Shown here in pieces: positions 45,659 to 55,300 of a DNA stretch of 64,000 nt (within the stretch, counting starts at the first letter, position 1; each line of letters begins with the position of its first letter). This stretch comes from Verrucomicrobiia bacterium (GTDB lineage: Bacteria; Verrucomicrobiota; Verrucomicrobiia; Limisphaerales; UBA1100). The DNA lies in contig JAAZZB010000006.1 of the NCBI GenBank assembly GCA_014239365.1, positions 6,307 through 70,306 of the forward strand. The letters are read 5' to 3'. A program made the position numbers and the translations under genes. The notes below the pieces were generated by a model that was not told the DNA's origin, did not search any database, and saw only the letters and a program-made list of their open reading frames with translations.

Positions 45659-48619
45659 ATGAAAAAAATTCTTCTCTCTTTGTTGTTTTCACTCCTCGCA
45701 ATTTTCACCACAACGGCGGTCGCGCAACCGGCGGCGGATCTTGCATTGACCAAACAAACCCGGGGCATCGCCGTGGTCACCGGGCAAGGTGGGCGTGTGA
45801 TGGCGCAGAACGTTTTCGAATTGGCAAACAGCAGCGCGTACACGATTTATTTTCAGTCGCCCGATGCCGCCACGGTGCTCGCTGTGCGCAAGGCGGCGGA
45901 TGGCGCGGGGCTTTTGGGGCAGCGCGTGTTTGTGGAACAAAGCGAGCTGGACCGGATTTGCCTTGGGGATAATATGGCGGATGTGGCGTTCGTGAATGGA
46001 GTTAAAGAAAAAGAAATCCTGCGCGTGCTGCGGCCCGGTGCCGTGGCAACGATGGGCGACCGACGCATCACCAAGCCCGCTTCTAAAAAAACCGACGCGT
46101 GGAGCCATCCGTTTCACGGGCCGGATAATAATCCACAGTCCACCGACGCCGTGGCGCGCGCGCCGTATCTCACGCAGTTTATTCAAGCGCCGAAATTTAG
46201 CCCAATGCCGCAGATCACCGTCGCGGCGGGTGGCCGCGTGTACCGCGCCTTCGGCCACATCGCGCACAAGGCGAACCAAAACGAAATGCTCAACACGCTC
46301 ATTTGCGCCAGCGCGCACAACGGCATCATCCACTGGAAACGCAAGCTCACGCCGGGCTTTATGATTCACCGCAACACAATGGTGGCCACGGACGATGCCT
46401 TGTTTATGGCGGACAACGTATCGTGCAAAATCATCGACGCGCGCACGGGCAAAGTGCGCGATGAAATCATCATCCCCAAAGGCGTGGGCGACGGCCCAAC
46501 GTGGAAATGGATGGCGATGGTCGATGGCACGCTGTACGCCTTGATTGGCGCGAAGGAAATTTCTGTGAAAACCGTCCCCTCCGGCAAACCCGGCCTCGGG
46601 CATTGGCCGTGGGGAATGTGGGAAGGGCACGATTACAAAAATCCGAAAACCAATTTTGGTTATGGCCGCACGTTTGTGGCGATTGATTTGAAGACCAAAA
46701 AAATCAAATGGCAGCATTCGGAACAGGAATACATCGACGCGCGCGGGGTGTGTTTGCGCGATGGGAAAATTTATTTTTACAGCCCCAAGAAATTCCTCGC
46801 CGCGATCGGCACCAACGGCAAACCGGCTTGGCGCAACTCGGACCAAGATTTGCTCGAGGCCATTGCGCCCCACGCGCGCGCGCAGCATTATATCACCGGC
46901 TACGCAACGACCGCGTACATCAAGTGCACGAAGGACGAGATTTTCTTTTCCGGCCCCACACGGCCAAATCTAGTTTCCGCTTCCACGAAAGATGGCCGAT
47001 TGTTGTGGCACAAGAAAGGCGGCGGCAACGTGCAGCTCGTGTTGCGCGAGGAAGGAATTTTTGCCGCAGGCGCGCAGCGCAGCAACGGCGGGATGGTTCT
47101 CGAATACAAAACCGGCAAAGTGAAAAGCGAAATGCCGTGGCGCCGCGCGTGCACGCGCGCCACCGGCAGCATCGACAGCGTTTTCTTCCGCGCCAGTGGC
47201 GGCACGGTGCGGATGGATGTGCCAAGCAACACCGCCCAACACATCGCGCCGATGCGGCCGCCGTGCCAGGATGGCGTCATCATTTCCGACGGCAATCTTT
47301 TCTGGGGCCCGTGGATGTGCGGCTGCCAACTTTCGCTCTACGGCCACATCAGCCTCACCGCCGCCGGCAACCAACTCGCCAGCCCCGGCGAAGCGCGCTC
47401 ACAATTTGAACCCGGAGAAGGAAATCTCAAAAACGTTCGCCCACTCGCCGCCCACAAAAATGATTGGTCAGTGTACCAAGGCAACAACCGCCGCACGTCC
47501 ACGACCGCGTTGCCTTTGCCCACCCAGTTAAAGGAGCGCTGGAAATTTCTCGCCCCCACCGCCGCGCTGCCCACTGCGCCGGTCACCGCGGGCGGGATGA
47601 CCTTCATCGCCAATCGCAGCGGCGTGATCCGCGCGTTCGGTGCCAACGGCAAAATGATGTGGGAAACGTACACCGGCGGCGCGATTTATTTCCCGCCAGC
47701 GGTCGCTCAAAACCGTGTGTATTCCGGCAGCGCGGATGGCCGCGTGTATTGCCACGAAGCCGCCACGGGCCGCAAGTTGTGGAGCTATCGCGTGGCGCCC
47801 ACGGAGCGTTGGATCGCGGTGTTCGGTAAACTCATTTCCACTTGGCCGGTCGCCGGCGGTGTGTTGGTGGAAGATGGCACGGTCTATGCCTCGGCTGGCA
47901 TCGCGCATTACGACGGCACGCACGTGGTCGCGCTCGACGCCATCACCGGCAAACTCAAATGGCACAACGACAGCAGCGGATCGCTCAACAAAAAAGTGAA
48001 CAGCGGCGTGAGTATGCAGGGCAGTTTATTTATGGAAAACGGCAAGCTCTGTTTCCTCGGCGGCGGCGTGCAGGAAGTGGCGCAGTTCAACCTCGCCGAC
48101 GGCAAGTGCGTGAACACGCCGGTTAACAATCCGCAATCCGGATATCGCACCGCGTTTTATCCGTACTACCCCGAGTACGGCAACTACGTTTCGCTCGCGC
48201 ACACACTGGCCGATGGACGCGAATTGGTTTTCGACGCCAGCTATGAGGGCAACAAATTCAACTACCTCCACGCACTGGCCGCGCTGCCTCCCGGCGCGCC
48301 GAAGCTCACCAAAGAACGCGCCCGCTGGAACGCCCGCCGTGGCGCGCCCCAACGCAAAGTGCTATGGCGCGACGCCCGCAGCCGCCGCTTCGCCGGATTC
48401 ATCGTCGGCAAAACCCGCCTCCTCGGCGTCGGCGATCAAGGCGCGGAGAAGGACCCCTTCATCACCCTCATCAACCTCAAAACCGGCAATGACGAATGGA
48501 TCGCCAAACTCCCCGCCCAACCGATCAAAGGCGGCGCAAGCATCGACAGCGCCGGAAGGATTTTGGTGACGTTGGTGGACGGACGGGTGATGTGTTTTGA
48601 AAGTCCCAAGGCCCAATGA
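45659..48619 (+). CDS. PQQ-like beta-propeller repeat protein with an N-terminal degenerate methyltransferase-like domain (paralog of 8..3205)
   Basis: Signal peptide MKKILLSLLFSLLAIFTTTAVA. Rossmann-like IAVVTGQGG...TIYFQSPD...LRVLRPGA. Propeller blades (GRLLWHK, GKMMWET, GRKLWSY, GKLKWHN). Cys-rich module shared with 8..3205. Confidence 0.8.
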   Translation: MKKILLSLLFSLLAIFTTTAVAQPAADLALTKQTRGIAVVTGQGGRVMAQNVFELANSSAYTIYFQSPDAATVLAVRKAADGAGLLGQRVFVEQSELDRICLGDNMADVAFVNGVKEKEILRVLRPGAVATMGDRRITKPASKKTDAWSHPFHGPDNNPQSTDAVARAPYLTQFIQAPKFSPMPQITVAAGGRVYRAFGHIAHKANQNEMLNTLICASAHNGIIHWKRKLTPGFMIHRNTMVATDDALFMADNVSCKIIDARTGKVRDEIIIPKGVGDGPTWKWMAMVDGTLYALIGAKEISVKTVPSGKPGLGHWPWGMWEGHDYKNPKTNFGYGRTFVAIDLKTKKIKWQHSEQEYIDARGVCLRDGKIYFYSPKKFLAAIGTNGKPAWRNSDQDLLEAIAPHARAQHYITGYATTAYIKCTKDEIFFSGPTRPNLVSASTKDGRLLWHKKGGGNVQLVLREEGIFAAGAQRSNGGMVLEYKTGKVKSEMPWRRACTRATGSIDSVFFRASGGTVRMDVPSNTAQHIAPMRPPCQDGVIISDGNLFWGPWMCGCQLSLYGHISLTAAGNQLASPGEARSQFEPGEGNLKNVRPLAAHKNDWSVYQGNNRRTSTTALPLPTQLKERWKFLAPTAALPTAPVTAGGMTFIANRSGVIRAFGANGKMMWETYTGGAIYFPPAVAQNRVYSGSADGRVYCHEAATGRKLWSYRVAPTERWIAVFGKLISTWPVAGGVLVEDGTVYASAGIAHYDGTHVVALDAITGKLKWHNDSSGSLNKKVNSGVSMQGSLFMENGKLCFLGGGVQEVAQFNLADGKCVNTPVNNPQSGYRTAFYPYYPEYGNYVSLAHTLADGRELVFDASYEGNKFNYLHALAALPPGAPKLTKERARWNARRGAPQRKVLWRDARSRRFAGFIVGKTRLLGVGDQGAEKDPFITLINLKTGNDEWIAKLPAQPIKGGASIDSAGRILVTLVDGRVMCFESPKAQ

Positions 48620-48743
48620 CCAAAATCCAAGGAATGACAAAATCTCAAATCCAAAATGAGTGCAGCATTTTCCCTTAGTCTCTTTGGGAATTGATGATTG
48701 GGATTTCCTTGGGGGTTTGGAAATTGGTCATTGGGATTTCCTT
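48612..48743. repeat. Imperfect long inverted repeat plus a 14-nt direct repeat in a convergent intergenic region
   Basis: CCCAATGACC (48612-48621) pairs with GGTCATTGGG (48726-48735). ATTGGGATTTCCTT occurs at 48697-48710 and 48730-48743. Confidence 0.7.
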
Positions 48744-48747
48744 CCAT

Positions 48748-50610
48748 TCAGGATGCACTCATCGTCGGCACGTCCTCGGGCGCGTCAGCGGGCGATCCAC
48801 TCCAAGCCCATTTGGCAGCGGTGCCGATGAGGAGGAAAGCGGCGGCAAGGATGATGATGAGACTTCCCCAGCGGACTTGGAGGCCGGATTTTTCGGGGTT
48901 GAGCACGGGCTGAAATTTGCGGCGGCTGGAGGGGGTGATGAGCAGCCAGCCGCTGACGGTTTTGCGGTTTTCGGTAAGGCAATTGCCGAGGGCAAACAGG
49001 CCGGCTAACGCGCCCAGAACGAGCCAGAAATTTCCCCGCCAAACAAACACATCGCAAATGATGGCGACGACGGCTGGGAAAAATAAAATCTCAACCCAAT
49101 GGCGCAGTAAACGCGGGAGGCTTCTCAGTGCGGCGAGCGCCACGGTGACGCCGAGGCCGGTGAGGGGGGCGATCCACCAGAGGTGCAGCCAATGGATTTG
49201 CCAAAGATGCATCACGCCTGCGGCGGCGAGCAGCGTGGCGGCGGTGAGCAGCGGCACGTTGTAAAAGGGCAGCGCACGGAATTGGCCGGGGCGCGTGCGC
49301 GGGAGCGGTTTGATGTCTTTTTCTTTGGGGATGAGCTTCGCGCCATTCCAAAAAAACGCCACCACCATTCCGATGCTGAGCGACCATTTGAGCCAAAGAT
49401 GCCACCACTCGCGAATCGGTTCAACGAGTGACACAGAAACAACCGCTCCAAAAATTAACCCCATCAGGATGACGTGCCAGATTTTGCGCAGGGCAAAACG
49501 CGCAGCGGCTGAGTTTGTGGTTGAGGAATGCACGGTGCGGTCCAGCGCGGGCATTAGGTTTACCCCCGCCGCGCCGAGCGCCATCACGAGTGCAGCGGCC
49601 AAGCCGATTCCAGCAAATGCCCATAGCATTGAAGCCTTCAAGGTTTCGATATTGACGCTGTTCCCAATCAGCATCACCGCGCCGGTGGCCAACGCCACGA
49701 GCACGAAGCCGCCTTGGGCGGCGAGGAAATGGCGAAAGCCGTGCCAGAAATCGATGTAGCCGATTTTAGCGGCGGCAGCTTTGGCTTCGGGCGTTGGGAA
49801 AAATGAATCCTCCACGCGGCGCATTTGCAACCCGCCAAGGCCAAGCGCGCAGCCGATGGAGAACACGACCATCAAACGCCCGGTGAATCCGTCGGCGGGT
49901 TTGAATGTGTCTGCTGTTTCTGCCGGAGGTGTGACCGGTGGCTTTGGCGTAACAGGCGGAGTTGGAGTGATGATTTTGGGCGTCGTGGGGCCTTTGGCGA
50001 TTTCGTCCGGCTTGGGTTTGGCGGATTGAGATTGAACGATGGCGGCGATCCATAAGCCGAGCACCACCAACGTAGCCATACCGAGGCCGGTTCCGATGAC
50101 GATTTTTTTGTGCTGCTTGATCCAATCCAAAAAAGTAGTAACGGTGGCAACTTCCGGCGTGGATTTGCGTTCGCGTTTGAAAACAAAACCGAAACTGACA
50201 ATGAGCGTGCCCAAACCCAACACAAACAGCCAACCGACCGTGCCGCTTGTGGCTCCGCCGCCGGCTTTTTGGGCGATGAGGACGATGCCCATCACAAAGG
50301 CCAACAGCGCGGAGGCGAGTGCGGTGGTGAAGAACGGTCGGGCTTTGATCCATGCCCACGTGGCGGAGGGGGCGCGTTCTGGCTTCAACTGCGGCTCGGG
50401 TTGAACGGTGACCGGCTCGGGTTCGACTACGGGGATTTCCTCCGCCACGGGCTGGCGGTTTTTCTCGAGCTGTGCCTCGAGGGCGGCGCGGAGTTTGTCG
50501 AGATCCACCGAGCCATCGGTGGGCAGGCGCAGCCGCAACTTCACATCACCCGCGCCCGTCGCTTTGGAAGGGGACGCGGGGACGCGAGGTTGATGACGGG
50601 GCTTAGACAT
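48748..50610 (-). CDS. Hypothetical 620-aa polytopic membrane protein (about 95-aa Pro/Glu-rich cytoplasmic head, then ~14 TM)
   Basis: Long ORF starting 3 nt after the PLD gene's stop codon. Many hydrophobic segments. No recognisable family. Confidence 0.7.
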   Translation of the reverse strand: MSKPRHQPRVPASPSKATGAGDVKLRLRLPTDGSVDLDKLRAALEAQLEKNRQPVAEEIPVVEPEPVTVQPEPQLKPERAPSATWAWIKARPFFTTALASALLAFVMGIVLIAQKAGGGATSGTVGWLFVLGLGTLIVSFGFVFKRERKSTPEVATVTTFLDWIKQHKKIVIGTGLGMATLVVLGLWIAAIVQSQSAKPKPDEIAKGPTTPKIITPTPPVTPKPPVTPPAETADTFKPADGFTGRLMVVFSIGCALGLGGLQMRRVEDSFFPTPEAKAAAAKIGYIDFWHGFRHFLAAQGGFVLVALATGAVMLIGNSVNIETLKASMLWAFAGIGLAAALVMALGAAGVNLMPALDRTVHSSTTNSAAARFALRKIWHVILMGLIFGAVVSVSLVEPIREWWHLWLKWSLSIGMVVAFFWNGAKLIPKEKDIKPLPRTRPGQFRALPFYNVPLLTAATLLAAAGVMHLWQIHWLHLWWIAPLTGLGVTVALAALRSLPRLLRHWVEILFFPAVVAIICDVFVWRGNFWLVLGALAGLFALGNCLTENRKTVSGWLLITPSSRRKFQPVLNPEKSGLQVRWGSLIIILAAAFLLIGTAAKWAWSGSPADAPEDVPTMSAS

Positions 50611-50613
50611 TTG

Positions 50614-51318
50614 CTAACTGAAGTTGCGCCAAAGCTGATCAAACATTCGGGTAAACGACTTGAGTAAATCAGCATCGCCGGTGATGAGAAAATTTTCGTC
50701 GTTGTGCAACGAGGCGGAGCGGGTCCAATTATAACTGCCGGTGAGCAAACGGGTTTTATCAAAGATGGCGAATTTGTGATGCATGTGATGTTCGGAGCGA
50801 TCCATGCGCACGGCGATGCCGGCGCGCTCGAGGCGTTTGATGTCCGAGCCGGCGTCCATCGATTTATCGTCATCGCTGATGACGCGGATTTGCACGCGGC
50901 GGCGGTGCGCTTTTTCGATAGCGTCGGCGATGCGATTATCGGTGATGGTGAACACGCAAATATCCACCGAGGCGCGGGCTTGCGCCAAGCAATCGATGAT
51001 TTTGCCCACGCAATTATCGTCGGGGCTGAAGAAAGCGGCGGCCACTTCGGCTTTGCCGGTATTGGGAAGATTCTCGGCGGGGTGCAGCGTTTTCACCGTG
51101 TTTTCCAACCACTCCAAAACCTGATGGCGCTGGCCGTTATCGGCGCTGGCGAGGGCCTCGCGGGCGGCATCAAAGGCCATGCTGCGGTAAAGGGCGCGGC
51201 GTTGTTCGTTGCCCTTGATGGAATCGGTGAGCGCGCGGATCTCGCTGCGTTCACTGCGTGAGAGCTGGAAATCCTCCAGCGTCGATTGGAAGAGGGCTTT
51301 GACCTCGTGATCTTTCAT
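50614..51318 (-). CDS. Single-HKD phospholipase D superfamily protein (Nuc/Zucchini-like) with a ~90-aa N-terminal helical domain
   Basis: HKD motif HHKFAIFDKTRLLTGSYNWTRSAS, present once. No signal peptide. Confidence 0.8.
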   Translation of the reverse strand: MKDHEVKALFQSTLEDFQLSRSERSEIRALTDSIKGNEQRRALYRSMAFDAAREALASADNGQRHQVLEWLENTVKTLHPAENLPNTGKAEVAAAFFSPDDNCVGKIIDCLAQARASVDICVFTITDNRIADAIEKAHRRRVQIRVISDDDKSMDAGSDIKRLERAGIAVRMDRSEHHMHHKFAIFDKTRLLTGSYNWTRSASLHNDENFLITGDADLLKSFTRMFDQLWRNFS

Positions 51319-51505
51319 AGCAGATATTTTCCCCCATTTTGTTCGATTGGGGCGTTTGGCGCTGGGATGAATACTTTAGCGCGTGAGCCCGATTTCGCCA
51401 ATGAAAAAGCGCCCACGAAAAAGGTTTCCCGATTGGGGTTTATTTCGTAGAATTCCCTCACCCACGCGACGACTCAAACCGTCAACCACAACGAAAGGCA
51501 ATCTT

Positions 51506-52300
51506 ATGGCCAAGTTCATTAAAAACCTGAAATCAAAAGTCGAACATTACAAAACCAAGGCGGAGGAAATTCGCGCGATGGTTGAAGAAGGCGCTGAGAC
51601 GATTCGCGAGATTCGCAGCGATGTGGAAAGCACCGTGGAGGATTTGAAGGCGGACAGCGAAGAAAAGATGATGGAGAGTCTGGAAAAAATCCAGGACTCG
51701 GAGCGTGTTTTCAAAGAGGCGGGTTATTCATTGCACGCGGTACGGCTGGAGGTGGGGTTCAACCCGAAGGTGGTTTCGGTGCTGCGGCGCGAATCGAAAA
51801 TCAACGCGCGCAAGCAGGAACGCCTGCTCCAACAGCACGCGGACAACAAGCTGTTGAGCAGTATGCTGAAATCGCTTTTCAAAGCCGAAGCGTTGGAGGA
51901 CAAAGTGCATCTGCGGCGGTTGACGTTTCACGAAGTTCAAATCGAGGTGGGCGTGGTGCCGGCGGTGCACGTGGTTTGGGAGGACAAAAACAGTGTGACG
52001 CTAACGCCGATTGCGGCTCCGGAAAAGGAGGCCGCGTACAGCAGCCCGTTCGCAAGCCGAAGTTCATTCACGAGCGGCAGTTCGTCGTTCCCGCGCAGTT
52101 CGTTTGCGGAAGATGTGGAGGTTGAAGAAGAAACCATGGAGCCTGAGCCAATGCCTCAGCCCGACCCCGCCGAGGCCGCAGTAGAAGTTGCTGCGGCGGA
52201 GGAAGATTTTACCGCGCCGAGGGTATCCGCTTCCGCGCGGGATCCGGAGGATGACAAGTGGACGAGTTTCCCGGACATTTCATTTCCGGGAAGTAAGTAA
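51506..52300 (+). CDS. Hypothetical protein: helical N-terminus, duplicated (L/I)EVG..P.V motif, acidic disordered tail
   Basis: ORF from the internal ATG at 51506 with GAAAGG 8-13 nt upstream. No family recognised. Confidence 0.5.
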   Translation: MAKFIKNLKSKVEHYKTKAEEIRAMVEEGAETIREIRSDVESTVEDLKADSEEKMMESLEKIQDSERVFKEAGYSLHAVRLEVGFNPKVVSVLRRESKINARKQERLLQQHADNKLLSSMLKSLFKAEALEDKVHLRRLTFHEVQIEVGVVPAVHVVWEDKNSVTLTPIAAPEKEAAYSSPFASRSSFTSGSSSFPRSSFAEDVEVEEETMEPEPMPQPDPAEAAVEVAAAEEDFTAPRVSASARDPEDDKWTSFPDISFPGSK

Positions 52301-52303
52301 GAT

Positions 52304-52353
52304 GGTAGGGACGCGCTATGCGCGTCCGTGGACACGCGCAGCGTGTCCCTACC
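52304..52353. terminator. REP-like double hairpin (GGTAGGG ... CCCTACC), probable bidirectional terminator
   Basis: GGACGCGC-TAT-GCGCGTCC (52309-52327) and GGACACGC-GCA-GCGTGTCC (52330-52348), inside the outer GGTAGG/CCTACC arms. The ATPase stop codon (52349-52351) lies in the outer arm. Confidence 0.6.
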
Positions 52354-55300
52354 CTTCTTCTTTGTCATCTGCGGGCGGTTGCGGTTGCTGCGCTTCTTGC
52401 AGTTGGGCGAGGAGTTGTTGGATGAGGGCGTCGCTGTCCTGCACCATATCCTGGCTGACATCCACAACCACTTCAGTGGGCTGAGCGGCGTCGAGACGTT
52501 CGCGCAGTTCGCGATGGCGTTCCTGATAATTCGCAAAGAGCACGCCAATGTTCGACAGCGCCGCCTGCATTTGGTTGGCCTGCGTTTGGGATTGTGAATC
52601 GCGGATGGTATCGGCGAGCGTGGCGTTGCTTTGCTCAATAAATTCGGCGAGTGCCATTTGGCGGTCGGCAAGTCCGGATTGGCTTTGCTGGGCAGCCGCG
52701 GCGGCGGTGCTGGATTGCTCCAAATATTTTTCAAACGCCCCGCGCAAGGCGGCAAGGTTTTCGTTGGTTGCATCGCTCGGCGCCGTGCCCTCGGGAGTGG
52801 GCGCGGCGGTTTGCTGACTGGCGAGGTGTTGAGAAATCGTGTCGCGAAGGGCGTCGAGGCTTTCGTTCATCCCGCCGAGGTCAAGCTGGGTGGTGCGAGG
52901 TTTGGAGAGCTCTTCCTTGAGCGTGCCCTGAATGGAATCGAGACCGCCGGTGAATAGCGACAATTGACTGACCACGCGGCTGACAGGATCGCCTTGATCG
53001 CCGCCCTGCAAAAATTGATTCCGGCCATAGGTTTTTTTGATGTCCTCCCAGCGCGCTTCCTCTTCTTCGGTCATCACGCCGATGAGCTGCTTGAACTTCA
53101 GGAAGTTGGCCTCCGCGCCGGTGGTGAGTGTTTGACTTTCGCCTTTGTAATGATCAAGCACAAGATTCATCAGCTCGCGCTTATTCATAATCGGCAACAC
53201 CTTTTCGGCGAGGCGATTCATATTGCGATAGGAGCCCTGCATTTTGAAGGCCGGTTCCGTGCGAAACTCATCCGCTTGCCCGGCGCTCTCGATGTACAAC
53301 TGATTTACTTTCAAAACCACATCGCGCAGCACGGCGAGCTTTTTGAGGACGTTGAGTAATTCCTCCGTTTCATTCGCGGAATAATTTCCCTGCAACTCGA
53401 TGCCCTCGCGTTGGTCAGTCTCGGCCATCCGAATGAACGCTTGAATATCTTTTTGTGCCGCCTTAGCGAGCGGCTGTAAAACGGGATTGGAGGTGATGGC
53501 GTTTTCGATGTAACTGCCGTTAAACGCTTCCTCGCGGCCTTTCATGTCGTCGCCGAGATTGTAAGTGTCGGCGCGGTTAGCGAGCATATCGGGGATGCGA
53601 AATTTTTCACCGCTCTCGGTATAAGGGTTGCCGGCCATCACAACGACGACGCGGCGGCCGCGCATATCGTAAGTTTTGGGTTGGCCGCGCCAGACGCCTT
53701 CGATCTTGCGTTGGGCGTCGCAGAGCGAAATGAATTTTTGCAAAAACTCAGGGTTGCAATGCTGGATGTCGTCCACGTAAATCATCACGTTATCGCCCAT
53801 CTCCAACGCGAGATTGAGTTTGTTGACCTCCGCGCGCGCACCGGCATTTGGGGCATCCTCGGGATCCAACGAAGACACTTCGTGGCCCAACGCGGGGCCA
53901 TTGATTTTCATAAAAATCAGGCCCATCCGATTGGCGAGATATTCCATCAACGTCGTTTTGCCGTAGCCCGGTGGGGAGATGAGCAGCAGCAAGCCCATTA
54001 AATCCGTGCGCTTGCCTTCGCCGGTGGCGCCGATTTGCTTGGCGAGGTTATCGCCCACGATGGGCAAATAAACCGTGTCCACCAATTGATTGCGCACAAA
54101 AGACGACAACACGCGCGGCTCGAATTCGTGGAGTCGCAGCAATTCTTTTTCGTCCTCAATGAGTGTTTGTTTTAACTCCTGATATTGCTCAAAGCGCGGC
54201 ACCGATTCGCGCGCGAAACGGCCGAGCTTTTCCTGAAACGCAAGGTAGTCGAAATCGTAGCTGCCTTCCTGCACGGCGTCGTGCGCGCCTTGCAATCCGG
54301 TAACGGCTTGGGCGGTAGCGGCTTTTACGACGGCTTGTTTGTGATGATGGCCGCAGAAAATCAGCGCGGCAACTTCCTCGAGATATTTATTTTCGCCATT
54401 GCGTGAGAGCAGAAAGCCGCGCACCCAGTCGCGGACGAGTTGATAATGGCTGTGCGGATTTGCCTTGAGCGGCTTCTGCGCCTTTGAAAATTCTGATTCA
54501 CTACCTTTCTTGACAAGATGACGCTCGAACTCCGTGAGTAATTTATCCGCTTCCTGACTGACGGCCCAATCATTGCCATTCGTAATCTCGTAAAATAAAT
54601 ACTCACCCGCCGGCACTGCGTCACCTTCGGGAAACAAACCCGTCTCATTTACAAAACCCGTGACCAATTCCTGCAACGCCGCGATGTATTCACGCTGAGT
54701 AGGATCGCCGGGAAACAGCTCGTTGCGTTTGGCGAAGCCCTCAAGCTGAGCGGCCCACAGTTTACGCGTATCTTCAGGACAAAAATGATGCCAATACACC
54801 GCACCACACGCCCGCACACGGGGATGGTAGCGCGCCAGCTGCAATGCGGCATGAGTGTTGAGCAGCGCGGCAAGGATCTTACCTGCATCTTGGTCATGGA
54901 TCCCTTTGGTATAGGCTTCGGCATAGCGATCGCCCATGAACTCCTGTATAATTTTGAGGCGATCGGCTGCCTTCATGGCGGCCACCTCGGCAAGACGTTC
55001 GCCGCCTTCGTGCTCAAGTTTTTGCCAGAGCAAATAAGCGAGGTATTCAGCGCGGTAAACTTCTTTATCCTCACTGATAACCTGCTGATCCCAAACTGCG
55101 CGCGTGGCGAGGAAAGTTTCGTCCTCGATGGGATCGAAATACTGAGTGCCGGTGAGATGCAAATTCTGCTCGTCGCCGCGGCGCACGATCGTGAGGTCGA
55201 GCGGTTGGGTGTTAACGGCGAACTTGTGTTTGCCAAACTGAATGACGTTTTGGCCGTCGACGTAGAGTTCCTTTTTGTCTTTGAGCTGGCGGACGGCTTC

